Below, in pieces: positions 35,356 to 47,629 of a stretch of 64,000 bases of DNA. The position numbers and the translations under genes were made by a program. A model generated the notes under the pieces. It was not told the DNA's origin. It saw only the letters and a list, made by a program, of their open reading frames with translations, and searched no databases. The DNA comes from Macrostomum lignano (Eukaryota). The stretch spans positions 124,001 to 188,000 of the forward strand of contig NIVC01001097.1 of assembly GCA_002269645.1 (NCBI GenBank). The letters run 5' to 3'. Numbering within the stretch: position 1 is the stretch's first letter; every line of letters starts with the position of its first letter.

Positions 35356-38300
35356 TTAGAAGCTTTCCAGAAAATCCAGCCAGTTGTTCTTCACCCCGGA
35401 TGGCCTCAGCCGGAGCACCAGTTTCCTGATCTCGTCGTACATGAGGATGAGGAAGCCGAAGGGCATTGCGGGCAGCCACCAGGTGAAGCGGAGCGGCTGC
35501 ATCTGCAGGGCCTGGTTCAGGTAGGGCACGTAGACCATCACGATGGCCAGGCCGGTCTCAAACAGCAGCGAGAAGGACAGGAAATGATTCCACATGCCCT
35601 GCTGCAGCAGCGAGTTGCTGCGGGTCTTGCAGGCCAGGAGATTGGCCCACTGCATCACCACAATGCTGGCAAAGAAAGCCGAGTGAGCTGTGTACTCCAG
35701 GCGCTTGCGCTGGTAATAGGACTGCGGGCAGAGCGCAGGGGCTTTGTTTGAGCTTGGATTCTTTTTTTAATACTTCCGGAAAGGTGATAAATTTGGTTAC
35801 AATTTGGTTACAGTTCGCATAGCTGCAGATTCCTACCTTTGGTCCAATGCTTACCCTAAATCTACTCCCGGTTCTTTGTAGTTTCCTGCTTCCACTTTGA
35901 TGTAGTTTCCTACTTCCGGCCCCATGTAGTTTCCTACTTCCGGTTCCATGTAGTTTCCTACTTCCGGTACCATGTAGTTTCCTACTTCCGGTCCCATATA
36001 GTTTCCTACTTCCGGTCCCATAAAGTTTCCTACTTCCGGTCCCATATAGTTTCCTACTTCCGGTCCCATGTAGTTTCCTAATTCGGGTTCTATGTAGTTT
36101 CCTGCTTCCGGTTTCATATAGTTTCCTACTTCCGCTTCCATATAGTTTCCTACTTCCGGTCCCATATAGTTTCCTACTTCCGGTTCTATATAGTTACCTA
36201 TTTCCGGTTGCATATAGTTTTGTGCTTCCGGTTCTGTATAGATGTAGGTGTATATTTTCCAACTTACGGCTCTGTATTTCCCCACTTTCAGCAAAAATTT
36301 CTATCAAAACTGCCTTGTTTCTATTGAGCCTATTGAAAATCCTTAGCCACTTCACACGTACTTAGGGGGTTCAGCAGGTCACTTCCGGTTAGCCTACTTC
36401 ACGGCCGCACTCACCCACTCCTGGCCGTAGCTGTCCTCCAGGTCCACGATGCCCTCGCTGTCCCACACCCGGCGGATGCCGAACAGCCGGCGCGGCCAAA
36501 AGCCGTTCTCGGACAGCACGACGAAGTAGGTGAAGAAGCCGCCGGCCGCCTGCAAGATGCCGATGCGGGCGAAGGCCGAGCTGAGCAGCCGCTCGCTCAC
36601 TAGGCGGTCCCGGCGCGGATTCCTGGGATCGCGGCGCATGATGTCGCTTTCAGCCTCCTCGTAGGCCAGGGAGACGGCCGGGGCCAGGTCTGTGCCGAGG
36701 TCGATGCACAAGATGGTGATAGTGCCCAGGGGCAGCGGGATGCTGACCACCAGGAAGGACAGGAAGCAGATGACCTCGGGCATGTTGGAGGTCAGCGTGT
36801 AGGCGATGGACTTCTTGAGGTTGTCGAACAGGATGCGGCCCTCCTCGATGCCCGTGACGATGGAGGCGAAGTTGTCGTCCGCCAGCACCATGTCGGCGAC
36901 CTGCGGCGGCGGTTGGTATAAACGGCTGAGGCTCAGATCCCCAATCCCTTGACAGGCTCAGATCCCCAATCCCCTGACAGGCTCAGATCCCCAATCCCCT
37001 GACATGCTCAGATCCCAAATCCCCTGACATGCTCAGATCCCCAATCCCCTGACAGGCTCAGATCCCCAATCCCCTGACATGCTCAGATCCCAAATCCAAT
37101 GACAGGCTCAGATCCCAAATCTCCTGACAGGCTCAGATCCCCAATCCTCTGAAGGCTCAGATCCCAAATCTCCTGACAGGCTCAGATCCCCAATCCTCTG
37201 AAGGCTCAGATCCCCAATCCCCTGACAGGCTCAGATCCCCAATCCCATGACAGGCTCAAATCCCCAATCCCCTTACAGGCTCAGATCCCAAATCTTGACA
37301 GGCTCAGATCCCCAATCCCGACAGGCTCAGATCCCCAATCCCCTGACAGGCTCAGATCCCCAATCTCCTGTCAGGCTCAGATCCCCAATCCCCCGACAGG
37401 CTCAGATCCCCAATCCCCTGACAGGCTCACCTGCTTGCTGATGTCGCTGCCCGCCAGGCCCATGGCGATGCCGATGTCCGCCTGCCTGAGCGCCGGCGAG
37501 TCGCTCACGCCGTCGCCAGTGACCGCCACCACGTGACCCAGGCGCTGGCAGCTCTCCACAATGACCAGCTTCTGCTGCGGGGTGGTCCTGGCGAACACGA
37601 GCTCCCGGTGAGTGCGCACCAGCTCGTCCAGCTGGCCGCTGGTCATCTCGGCCAGGTCGGAGCCGTGCACCACGCAGGCGTCGGCCTCCCGCGGGTCCAC
37701 GTGGGACGGGTCGACGCCGCGCTCCAGTGCGATGTCCTCCGCCGTCTTGCTGCGGCTGCTGATGATGTCCACGTGGCGGGCGATGGCCTTCGCCGTGATT
37801 GGGTGGTCGCCCGTCACCATGATGACCTGGAAAGGTGGCGGTGAGATTCGGGTGGGCAGTGGCTGAGATTTGGGTGGGCAGTGACTGAGATTCGGGTGAG
37901 ACAGTGGCTGAGATTCGGATGGGTAGAGACTGAGATTCGGGTGAGACAGTGGCTGAGATTCGGGTGGGCAGTGGCTGAGATTCGGGTGAGCAGTGGCTGA
38001 GATTCGGGTGGGCAGTTACTAAGATTCGGGTGAGACAGTAGCTGAGATTCGGGTGAGACAGTGACTGAGATTCGGGTGGGCAGTGACTGAGATTCGGGTG
38101 GGCAGTGACTGAGATTCGGGTGGGCAGTGACTGAGATTCGGGTGGGCAGTGGCTGAGATTCGGGTGAGACAGTAGCTGAGATTCGGATGAGACAGTGGCT
38201 GAGATTCGGGTGAGACAGTGGCTGAGATTCGGGTGGGCAGTGACTGAGATTCGGGTGGGCAGTGGCTGAGATTCAGGTGGGCAGTGGCTGAGATTCGGGT

Positions 38301-41300
38301 GAGACAGTAGCTGAGATTCGGATGAGACAGTGGCTGAGATTCGGGTGAGACAGTGGCTGAGATTCGGGTGGGCAGTGACTGAGATTCGGGTGAGACAGTG
38401 GCTGAGATTCGGATGAGACAGTGGCTGAGATTCAGGTGGGCAGTAGCTGAGATTAAGGTGGGCAGTGGCTGAGATTCGGGTGGGCAGTGACTGAGATTCG
38501 GTGAGACAGTGGCTGAGATTCGGATGAGACAGTGGCTGAGATTCGGGTGAGACAGTGGTTGAGATTCAGGTGGGCAGTAGCTGAGATTAAGGTGGGCAGT
38601 AGCTGAGATTCGGATGAGACAGTGGCTGAGATTCGGGTGAGACAGTGGCTGAGATTCAGGTGGGCAGTAGCTGAGATTCGGGTGAGACAGTGGCTGAGAT
38701 TCGGGTGAGACAGTGGCTGAGATTCGGATGATACAGTGGCTGAGATTCGGGTGAGACAGTGGCTGAGATTCGGATGAGACAGTGGCTGAGATTCGGGTGA
38801 GACAGTAGCTGAAATTCGGATGAGACAGTGGCTGAGATTCGGGTGAGACAGTGGCTGAGATTCGGGTGAGACAGTGGCTGACATTCGGGTGGACAGTAGC
38901 TGAGACTCGCGAGATTCGCGAAAAGCTAGCACACGCTAGCAACTGCCTACTTATAAGTAGCAAAACACGAGCACGAACAGAAAAGTTCATCCCTGCGCTC
39001 TCCCAGCTCCTCACCTTGATTCCTGCGGAGCGGCACTTCTGCACGGCGTCCGGCACGGAAGCCCTGGGCGGGTCAATCATGGAGATGAGGCCGAGAAACC
39101 GGAGCCCCATGAGCGGGAAGTTCACCTCCTCGGCGTTGAACTCGTATCGCTCGTCGAATTCGTCGGCGGACAGGCGGAGGTCGCAGAAGCCGAGGACCCG
39201 CTCGCCCTGGCCGCCCAGCTCGTTGTAGGCGGCGAGAAAGGAGCGGCGCCACTGGTCGGAGGTCTGCACCTCGCGGCCGTCAACCAGCAGGTGCGAGCAT
39301 CTGTCAAATATGATCTCCGGAGCGCCCTTCATCACCAGTAGGAAGTTGGAGCCGCGCTCCCGCATCACGTGCACGGAGGCCTGGGGCGAGGCGGAGGGGT
39401 GAAGAGGCACTTCCGGTGAATATTCTTGCTTAGAGTGAAAAGGCAATATTAAGTCACTTCCAATCCAATATTCTAGTCACTTCCGGTTTAGAGGGAAAAG
39501 GCAATCCAATAGTCTAGTCACTTCCGGTTTGGAGGGAAAAGGCAATCCAATAGTCTAGTCACTTCCGGTTTGGAGGGAAAAGGCAATCCAATAGTCTAGT
39601 CACTTCCGGTTTAGAGGGAAAAGACAATCCAATAGTCTAGTCACTTCCGGTTTGGAGGGAAAAGGCAATCCAATAGTCTAGTCACTTCCCGCCTCACCTG
39701 GAATTTGTTGGCGCTGCTGAACGGAACCTCGCAAATCTTGGGATGTTGGCGCCGGAACTCCGGCACGCCGCCCACGCACCACTCCATGTACTTGAGCAGC
39801 GCGGACTCGGAAGCGTCGCCAATGCAGTCCCGCTGCAGAATCGGCTTTTCCTCTTCGCCGGCTTTGAACTCCGCCCGGCTGCACAGCATGGCGCACCGGC
39901 TGAGGGCTACCCAGTCAGGGGACTGCGGAGGCGCCGGGGCCGCGCCTTCGCCCATCTGGACCTCCGCGATGCGGCCGCTCTGCCAGGTGTGCGTCACCGT
40001 CATCCGGTTCATTGTCAGCGTGCCTGGCGGGGGCGGCATGTGGTTTTTTAGTTGAACTCAAGTCTGTTGCTAGGCAGTTGCTATGTGGTTTTTTAGGTGA
40101 ACTCAAGTCTGTTACTAGGCAGTTGCTATGTGGTTTTTTAGGTGAACTCAAGTCTGTTGCTAGGCATTTACTATGTGGTTTTTAGGTGAACTCAAGTCTG
40201 TTGCTAGGCGGTTGCTACGCGGTTTTACACCCTCAATAGTCTAGCAATCCCGTTCGCCATCGCTCCCACGCCAGACTCACCGGTCTTGTCCGAGCAGATG
40301 ACGCTGGTGGCGCCCAGAGTTTCCACAGCCTCCAGGTTGCGGACGAAGCAGTTCTTCGAGGCCATGCGCTGGGCGGTGAGGGTCAGGCAGACGGTGACGG
40401 TGGCCAGGAGGCCCTCCGGGATGTTGGCCACGATGATGCCGATGAGGAAGATGATGGAGTCCAGCCAGTCGTACTGCATAGCGAAGGAGGCGATGAAGAA
40501 GGCGGCGCCCATCAGCACGGCGATGACGGTGACGATGTTGATGAAGCGCTCGATTTCCCGGCCGATGGGGGTCTGGCGGGCGTCCAGCCCGGAGGCCAAG
40601 TTGGCGATGCGCCCGATGAGGGTGGCGTCACCAGTGCGGATCACAATGCCGATGCAGTTGCCTGGTGGGGGTGGTGAAATTCCAGCTCAGGCTCATGTGC
40701 TCAATCGCAGCGGGTCTGAAGACAGTGGGATAAAATCCCCATCTCAGGTGCCTCTCTCCCTGAAGCCAGTGGGATAAAATCCCCATCTCAGGTGCACACT
40801 CCCTGAAGCCAGTGGGATAAAATTCCCATCTCAGGTGCTCACTCCCTGAAGCCAGTGGGATAAAATTCCCATCTCAGGTGCTCACTCCCTGAAGCCAGTG
40901 GGATAAAATTCCCATCTCAGGTGCTCACTCCCTGAAGCCAGTGGGATAAAATTCCCATCTCAGGTGCTCACTCTCTGAAGCCAGTGGGATAAAATTCCCA
41001 TCTCAGGTGCTCACTCCCTGAAGCCAGTGGGATAAAATCCCCATCTCAGGTGCACACTCCCTGAAGCCAGTGGGATAAAATTCCCATCTCAGGTGCACAC
41101 TCCCTGAAGCCAGTGGGATGAAATCCCCATTTCAGATGCTCACTCCCAGCGGGTTTGACGCCACAAAGGATAAAATCCCCATTCTTGGGCACTTACCCTC
41201 AACAGCGTAGGTAGAGAAGAACGCCAGGTTCTCTGTCTCCAGCGGGTTCTCGCTGGTGTACTCCCTGGAGCGCACCTGGGGATCGGACTCGCCAGTCAGA

Positions 41301-42100
41301 CAGGAGTTGTCCACCTTGAAGCGCTGCGCATTGATGATGCGGACATCGGCTGGCACCTGGTCACCGGCGTTGATCTCGACGATGTCACCGCGGACGAGTT
41401 TGGAAGTGAGGACGCGGCGCTTCTCGCCGTCGCGCAGCACGAGCGCCTGCTGGGGCAGGCTCTCCTTGAACTTGTCGATGATCTGGGCGGACTGGTGCTC
41501 CTGCGGCGGACGGCGGAGTGACAGATTTGTGACTCTGGGCGCGTCGCACATTCTTTATTTAACACAACTAACTGACTGACTGACTGACTGACTAACTGAC
41601 TGACTGACTGACTGACTGACTGACTGACTGACTGACTAACTGACTGACTAACTGACTGACTGACTGACTGACTGACTGACTGACTGACTGACTGACTGAC
41701 TGACTGACTGACTGACTGACTGACTGACTGACTGACTGACTGACTGACTGACTGACTGACTGACTGACTGACTGACTGACTGACTGACTGACTGACTGAC
41801 TGACTGACTGACTGACTGACTGACTGACTGACTGACTGACTGACTGACTGACTGACTGACTGACTGACTGACTGACTGACTGACTGACTGACTGACTGAC
41901 TGACTGACTGACTGACTGACTGACTGACTGACTGACTGACTGACTGACTGACTGACTGACTGACTGACTGACTGACTGACTGACTGACTGACTGACTGAC
42001 TGACTGACTGACTGGCTGACTGACTGACTGACTGACTGACTGACTGACTGACTGACTGACTGACTGACTGACTGACTGACTGACTGACTGACTGACTGAA

Positions 42101-42135
<35 letters not shown>

Positions 42136-43732
42136 TTTGGTAACTAACTAAAAGGTGAAACTAAATTTAGGGACTCACCTGGTAGTAGGAGAAGCCACCG
42201 GTCACAGCGACCACCACCACCAGCACGATGCCGATGTACAGGTTGTCTGCCGGCGGGCTTTCGTAGGCGCCGAACTCCACGCCGTAGGCGATGAAGCAAA
42301 GGATGGCGCCAATGAGCAGCAGCAGGGAGAAGCCGCTGAAGACGGTCTTGGCGATTTGAACCCACTGCGGCGCGGCGGACGGCGGCGTCAGCTCGTTCGG
42401 GCCCTCCTGGGCGAGGCGCGCGTCGGCGTCCTCCTGCGGCAGGCCGTGCGACTCCGAGGACTGCATGTAGTCCATGAGCGCCGCAAGGTCCATGCGGTGC
42501 TCGTCCATCTCGAACTCCTGGCGGAGGTCATCTGTGCGGTGCGGCCGGCCAGTGCGAGAGCCCTTCTCGCCGCGAAGGGTCTCGGCGCGGACTGCCTGCC
42601 GGAAGCTGTTGTCTCTCTGTGGTGCAAGATTTATGAGGCGGAATTAATTTTGGCATTCTTGAAGAATATAAAACACAACTAGAGTTTTAGCCATGTTATT
42701 GCCATAAGCACAGATATAAACATAGGAAGTTTACCTTGCATAAGCCTAAAATATTAATATAAGTCTTTGTCTACAATAATGATGTAAATCTAAACTTGTA
42801 GCAAGAGTGAATTCATTGCTAAAAACAATGCTAAATAGCAAAAAAGCTTTAGATCATCTTAGTTACTCATATTTAAACTGCCAAAGAAGCAGGTTAGAGT
42901 CATGAAAAAATATAAAGTACATTGTTATCAATAAATTTAAAACTTTTATTTTTGAGAATAAAATGCTATATATTGTGCTTATTTAAGTAAATGGAGAAAT
43001 TAAAAATTGATTTCTATAAAGAGGGTTTATTTCAAGGAGGCTAAATATACAAATAGGAATGTACTATTTTAAACAATATCAAACATAGGAAAAAAGTTTG
43101 TACAAGTCTAAATCAAAAGCTGTAGCTAATATAACCAGGCATTTACTATAAAATTATGCTTAGATTTTTTCCAGACAGCTTGGATTTGATTTTATGAATC
43201 ATAATTCATTTGAAATATTTTTCTTTTGCTTAATGACCAATTGTGAAAGGTAAATAAAATCAACCAACTTGTTTTTCATTGGAAAAATATACTGTTATAA
43301 TACAGAAACTACCAAGTAGAACGCGCTATTGGTAAAAAAATAGTTATTTTCTAATTTAACTTCAAATTTTCCAGTCCAGTGTCATGTAGTAATATCTAAC
43401 TGATTTTATAAATGTACAAATAACTTATAACGAGAGAAGAAACAAAATGCTGGAAATCCTGTGGCTAGGAATTTCATAGCAAAAACCCTTTAGTATAGGA
43501 ATTACTGAGCCAACTTCCCGCTGTTCCAAGCTATATTGCTAGGTCTAGGTACAATGCTTGCAAAGTCATTTAACTTTTCGTTGGGTCTAGCGAAAAGAAC
43601 CATGAAGTTGGAAACAGAAAAAATCTGCCTGGAACTAGGGGTAAACATGCAATTAAATATTACTACTATGTGAAGTTACAATTAAAATTATAAAGTTAAT
43701 AAGAACGCTAATAAACTTACCCCGTCATCCAT
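35356..43732 (-). CDS. ATP1A: P-type IIC ATPase (Na+/K+-ATPase alpha-like), divergent; 9 exons, ~1024 aa
   Basis: Exons 43732-43721 (MDDG), 42616-42179, 41500-41197, 40661-40281, 40023-39698, 39380-39015, 37826-37431, 36900-36415, 35721-35356; GT/AG with consistent phases; 3075 nt in total. Motifs: [98 protein letters not shown]. Confidence 0.95.
35870..36230. repeat. 24-bp intronic minisatellite (tagtttcctacttccggtcccatg)
   Basis: Direct reading. Confidence 0.9.
36930..37425. repeat. ~25-bp intronic minisatellite (gacaggctcagatccccaatcccct)
   Basis: The last unit runs into the exon-7 donor (acaggctcac|ctg). Confidence 0.9.
37845..38900. repeat. ~22-bp intronic minisatellite (gagacagtggctgagattcgggt)
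   Basis: Direct reading. Confidence 0.92.
39470..39690. repeat. 41-bp intronic minisatellite
   Basis: Unit cacttccggtttggagggaaaaggcaatccaatagtctagt. Confidence 0.92.
40040..40215. repeat. ~45-bp intronic repeat, ~4 copies
   Basis: atgtggttttttaggtgaactcaagtctgttgctaggcagttgct. Confidence 0.85.
40725..41140. repeat. 43-bp intronic minisatellite
   Basis: Unit cagtgggataaaattcccatctcaggtgctcactccctgaagc. Confidence 0.93.
41570..42135. repeat. (CTGA)n/(CTAA)n intronic microsatellite
   Basis: Direct reading. Confidence 0.96.
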
Positions 43733-45076
43733 TTCCGGGTACAAGTAAGAGAAATGAGGATTTGTCAACTGATTTGAATTTACACCGCGTCTTATATGTA
43801 AACCCCAGCAATCAGTTTAACAAAGTAAAAAAGTAAGCTTCAAAACTTATTATTTAAGACGTTTAATGTGTTTTTTAAAGCGTTTTAATATTAGACCACT
43901 CTGATTTTAAAAATTTTGCAACTAGTTAACTTGCGAATAATACCGTGACTTGGCAAACTTCATGAGCTGAAAAAAAAACTATACTACAAAGTACTTTACT
44001 ATGATGTAATGCAAGCAAATGAAATTATACATGCTTTATTCACAATCGACTCGAAACGCAACCAATATTCTTTCCTGCAATAAGCTAGGCGAGAAGTTAG
44101 TTTGATCACTATCGAAGCAGTTGAAAAATGACTTTGATCTATTAATTTCTTGTAAAGAAACTACTTATCGATAAATAAAAGATAACTCAGTACTGATTAA
44201 ATACATACCGGTATACAGTAACATTTAGCAACAGTAATTGGGCTTATACCAGATTTTTTACGTGATAACGTTACGTACATCTACCGGATGGCACAAGCAG
44301 TTGTGCAAACTGCAGCTATCTAACCGCATATGTCGTTCATCCTTTCTGTCAAAGCTTACTTAATTAAATGTTTATGCATCAAAGATTCGTCCTTTGAATA
44401 AAATCTGTTTTAAAGCTCTTGAGCCGATCAATGGATGCGTCTCATGCTCGATCTACTGCACCTGTATACATTGTGGCTCGTACCTGTACTGCGCGCAGCA
44501 ATTCAAGCTAAGCAGTCAGATGCAAACCAATTACTGCATGTCAAAAAATTATTTTTCGTCTACAAAAAGCTCTCGTGTGCAGCCAATTCATTCAAGCTCG
44601 GGTTGCGAGAGCGGCTGAGTATCAAAGCAAAGCTGCTCTTTGTGAGAAGGAACTGGCGGAGGTCTGCATCTCAACAATCCGGAGAGACCGAGCCGTAGCA
44701 ATTTTTGCTTTCAAGCTGCCGAATCTCCCATTGTTTTTTTCTATACAATGACGCTGGAGTGACTCATTTGCATGCATCTGCGTGACGCTCTCGAATTTGC
44801 TCCTTTCTAGTTGTTCTGGAAAGAGCGACTAAAAACGGGAACGCAAAAATGCGGAGGCGGAGACAAAAAGCGCGATTTGATTCGCTGCCGGGGCGACCAC
44901 CAATTGATGGCTTGCTGGAGAGTTGCAGCGTTGGCAGCGTTGAAAAGTGCTTTTTCTGTCTCAAAAATCCACACTCATTTTTAACGCTTTGAGCCCTTCT
45001 GTCACATAGTGGAGCATCGAGACTGACATTTGTTGTAGTTCAGCGCTTTTCCAATAGAGGAATTAAAAAAGAAGAC

Positions 45077-45712
45077 ATGCAAATTCTCGCACTGTCAGTT
45101 GCCACCCTCGCCATCGCTGCTGCAGTCGCTGCCGCTGCGACCGCCGATCAATGGGAAAAAGTGGAATCTGGAGACGGGCTGATGGTGGGGAAGAACGCCT
45201 GGGAGCGAGGCTCCCGCCTGGGCAAGCGCGAGTGGCAGCGAGGCTCCCGCCTGATGGGCAAGCGCGAGTGGCAGCGAGGCTCCCGCCTGGGCAAGCGCGA
45301 TTGGCAGCGAGGCTCTCGCCTGGGCAAGCGTGAGTGGCAGCGAGGCTCCCGCCTGGGCAAGCGCGAGTGGCAGCGAGGCTCCCGCCTGGGCAAGCGCGAG
45401 TGGCAGCGAGGCTCCCGCCTGGGCAAGCGCGATTGGCAGCGAGGCTCCCGCCTGGGCAAGCGCGAGTGGCAGCGAGGCTCCCGCCTGGGCAAGCGCGAGT
45501 GGCAGCGAGGCTCCCGCCTGGGCAAGCGCGATTGGCAGCGAGGCTCCCGCCTGGGCAAGCGCGAGTGGCAGCGAGGCTCTCGCCTGGGCAAGCGCGATCG
45601 GCAGCGAGGCTCCCGCCTGGGCAAGCGCGAGTGGCAGCGAGGCTCCCGCCTGGGCAAGCGCGATTGGCAGCGAGGCTCTCGCCTGGGCAAGCGCAACTAC
45701 ATCGAAGAGTAA
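45077..45712 (+). CDS. Neuropeptide precursor, 211 aa, 15 amidated (E/D)WQRGSRL-type peptides; single coding exon
   Basis: Signal MQILALSVATLAIAAAVAAAATA; 15 units each ending in G-KR; 33-bp DNA repeats; AATAAA at ~45835. Confidence 0.92.
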   Translation: MQILALSVATLAIAAAVAAAATADQWEKVESGDGLMVGKNAWERGSRLGKREWQRGSRLMGKREWQRGSRLGKRDWQRGSRLGKREWQRGSRLGKREWQRGSRLGKREWQRGSRLGKRDWQRGSRLGKREWQRGSRLGKREWQRGSRLGKRDWQRGSRLGKREWQRGSRLGKRDRQRGSRLGKREWQRGSRLGKRDWQRGSRLGKRNYIEE

Positions 45713-47048
45713 AAATGAAAGCACTCCCCGAACCTTGAGCACTAAATGCAGGATGATATTACAGACAGGGTTTAAAGTTTCATATCGAATGTCGGTGCCA
45801 TCAGAGATACTCCCGCGGCTTTATGCTCTTGACAAATAAAATTTGTTTGGTTTTGACTGAAGCAACTTAATCAGTTTGAAAGAAGTTCGCAGCATTGAAC
45901 CTTTCTTTCTCTGCCTTTGTCTTTTCTCGACCTGAGAAGCGTCAACAGCCAATGACCAGCTGTGTTGATTCAGACATGCTCAAATGTACTTTAGATCTGA
46001 GAGAGACTTTTACAGAAATTGACTTTGCTTATACTCTACGAGTATATTACAAAAAGATGTTTGAGAATGTACATCATTTGTTATGGCTTTGGTGGTTTTA
46101 TAGAAACTGGGATACAGGTACAATTAGTGTACTTTGAGGGCTCTTGCCCTACAGAAGGAGCCGGCATAAAAATGTTTTTTTCTGTTGAAGAGAGCAAGAT
46201 TCTAAGCAACCGGAATGAAAAAGCAAGCCTTCTGCATGCAATATTTCAAAAATTATGGAGCGTTTTGAAACTCGGCTGTCAAAAAATCCACACGATTTGA
46301 TAGTGGCATTCCATGGACAGCTGAAGTAGGACACTGCTCTCGGCTTTCTTAGAAATGAGCCGGCAAAGAGCGGATGCTCCAGAGAGCGCATAGCGCTAAA
46401 AGAAGATGTGCCATAGACAGATTTTTTCGAGAATATTCAGGTTTCTACAGATCACACTAAATGCACTGCTTCTATCGAAGTGATCGAAATTGTGAAATTT
46501 CTTCTAAGCACTTTTGGAGCTGTCCATTGATTACGCGCCTCATTAACCTGATTTGAGCATTATCAGCAGCTTCGGATGCTATTAAAGTGTTGGCACTCGC
46601 CTATCAGGAATTACGGGGAACAGATCGGGGTTTATTTTAGTCGATCAAATGCAAGCTTTTTCCGTTTTTGGGGCTGGTCTCGCCCTCCCACGCAGGAGCT
46701 CTGTGGGACGCATTCCATACATGGGGATGGCTTAGATAGCCAGAGCACGCGACTCAATTGCTCAATAGCAGAAGTGGGCTGCATGTCGCACGTAGCTGCA
46801 GACACTGATGCAGCATAGAAAGTGCTCTGCAGAGCTCTCGAACCTAATGGACAGAAACTGCTCAAATAATATTGCAGATTGAATCCTGATGCCTCAGTAT
46901 CAGTGCATTGATGCGAGGCGAGCTGCGTACTAACAGGCAAATGCAATATTAATAATGGCTTTCTCCGGCACTATGGGCAGTGACAGAGACTGACCCTGGT
47001 AATTGGATTTCTCTGCGCTGCAGTAAAAGCTGTCATTGAATTTCAACC

Positions 47049-47205
<157 letters not shown>

Positions 47206-47629
47206 GCTAAAAAATGAAGCGAGCCAAGCGGCGAGGCGGATTTTAAAGGGTTTGGCGTGGAGTTATCAGAATATATCTGAGTATGAGTCTGGCGATGTAG
47301 ATCACCTGGGGAGTAGCCAAAGGCGCAGACGCTAAAATCATATGGTGCATCCGAGGGCTGTGTACGACTGTGGGAAGGGTTCTCCTGTACTCCGTGCACC
47401 CCTGCACCCCTGGTACTGATACAACTGATTTAGGTATGTGCTAACCACTATCATCTCTGCTTAACTTTCAGCGCATTCAGCGGGTCGCAAGCCGAGTGGG
47501 TTGGCGAAGAGTTTCCACCAGACTCGCTCAGTTACTGAGGCCAATTCCAATGGTTTCATTGTGCAGTCTTTATTTCAACTGGCTCAACATTTGGTCTGAG
47601 TCTGTCTCGAGTCCCAGCACTTTTCTAGC

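Noticed and set aside
42245-42290. Ouabain-site substitution (Q111-equivalent Glu) in the M1-M2 loop
   Set aside because: The loop is divergent overall, so the alignment is uncertain, and the N122-equivalent is retained; too weak to claim resistance.
44435-44698. 87-aa ATG ORF with a hydrophobic N-terminus
   Set aside because: No recognisable motif, weak codon bias and no supporting splice structure.
44760-44773. Overlapping AP-1 (TGACTCA) and octamer (ATTTGCAT) sites upstream of the neuropeptide gene
   Set aside because: Short motifs are expected by chance and the TSS is unknown.
45095-45839. Antisense and alternative-frame ORFs over the prohormone
   Set aside because: They are shadows of the 33-bp coding repeat; only the frame with a signal peptide and GKR sites makes biological sense.
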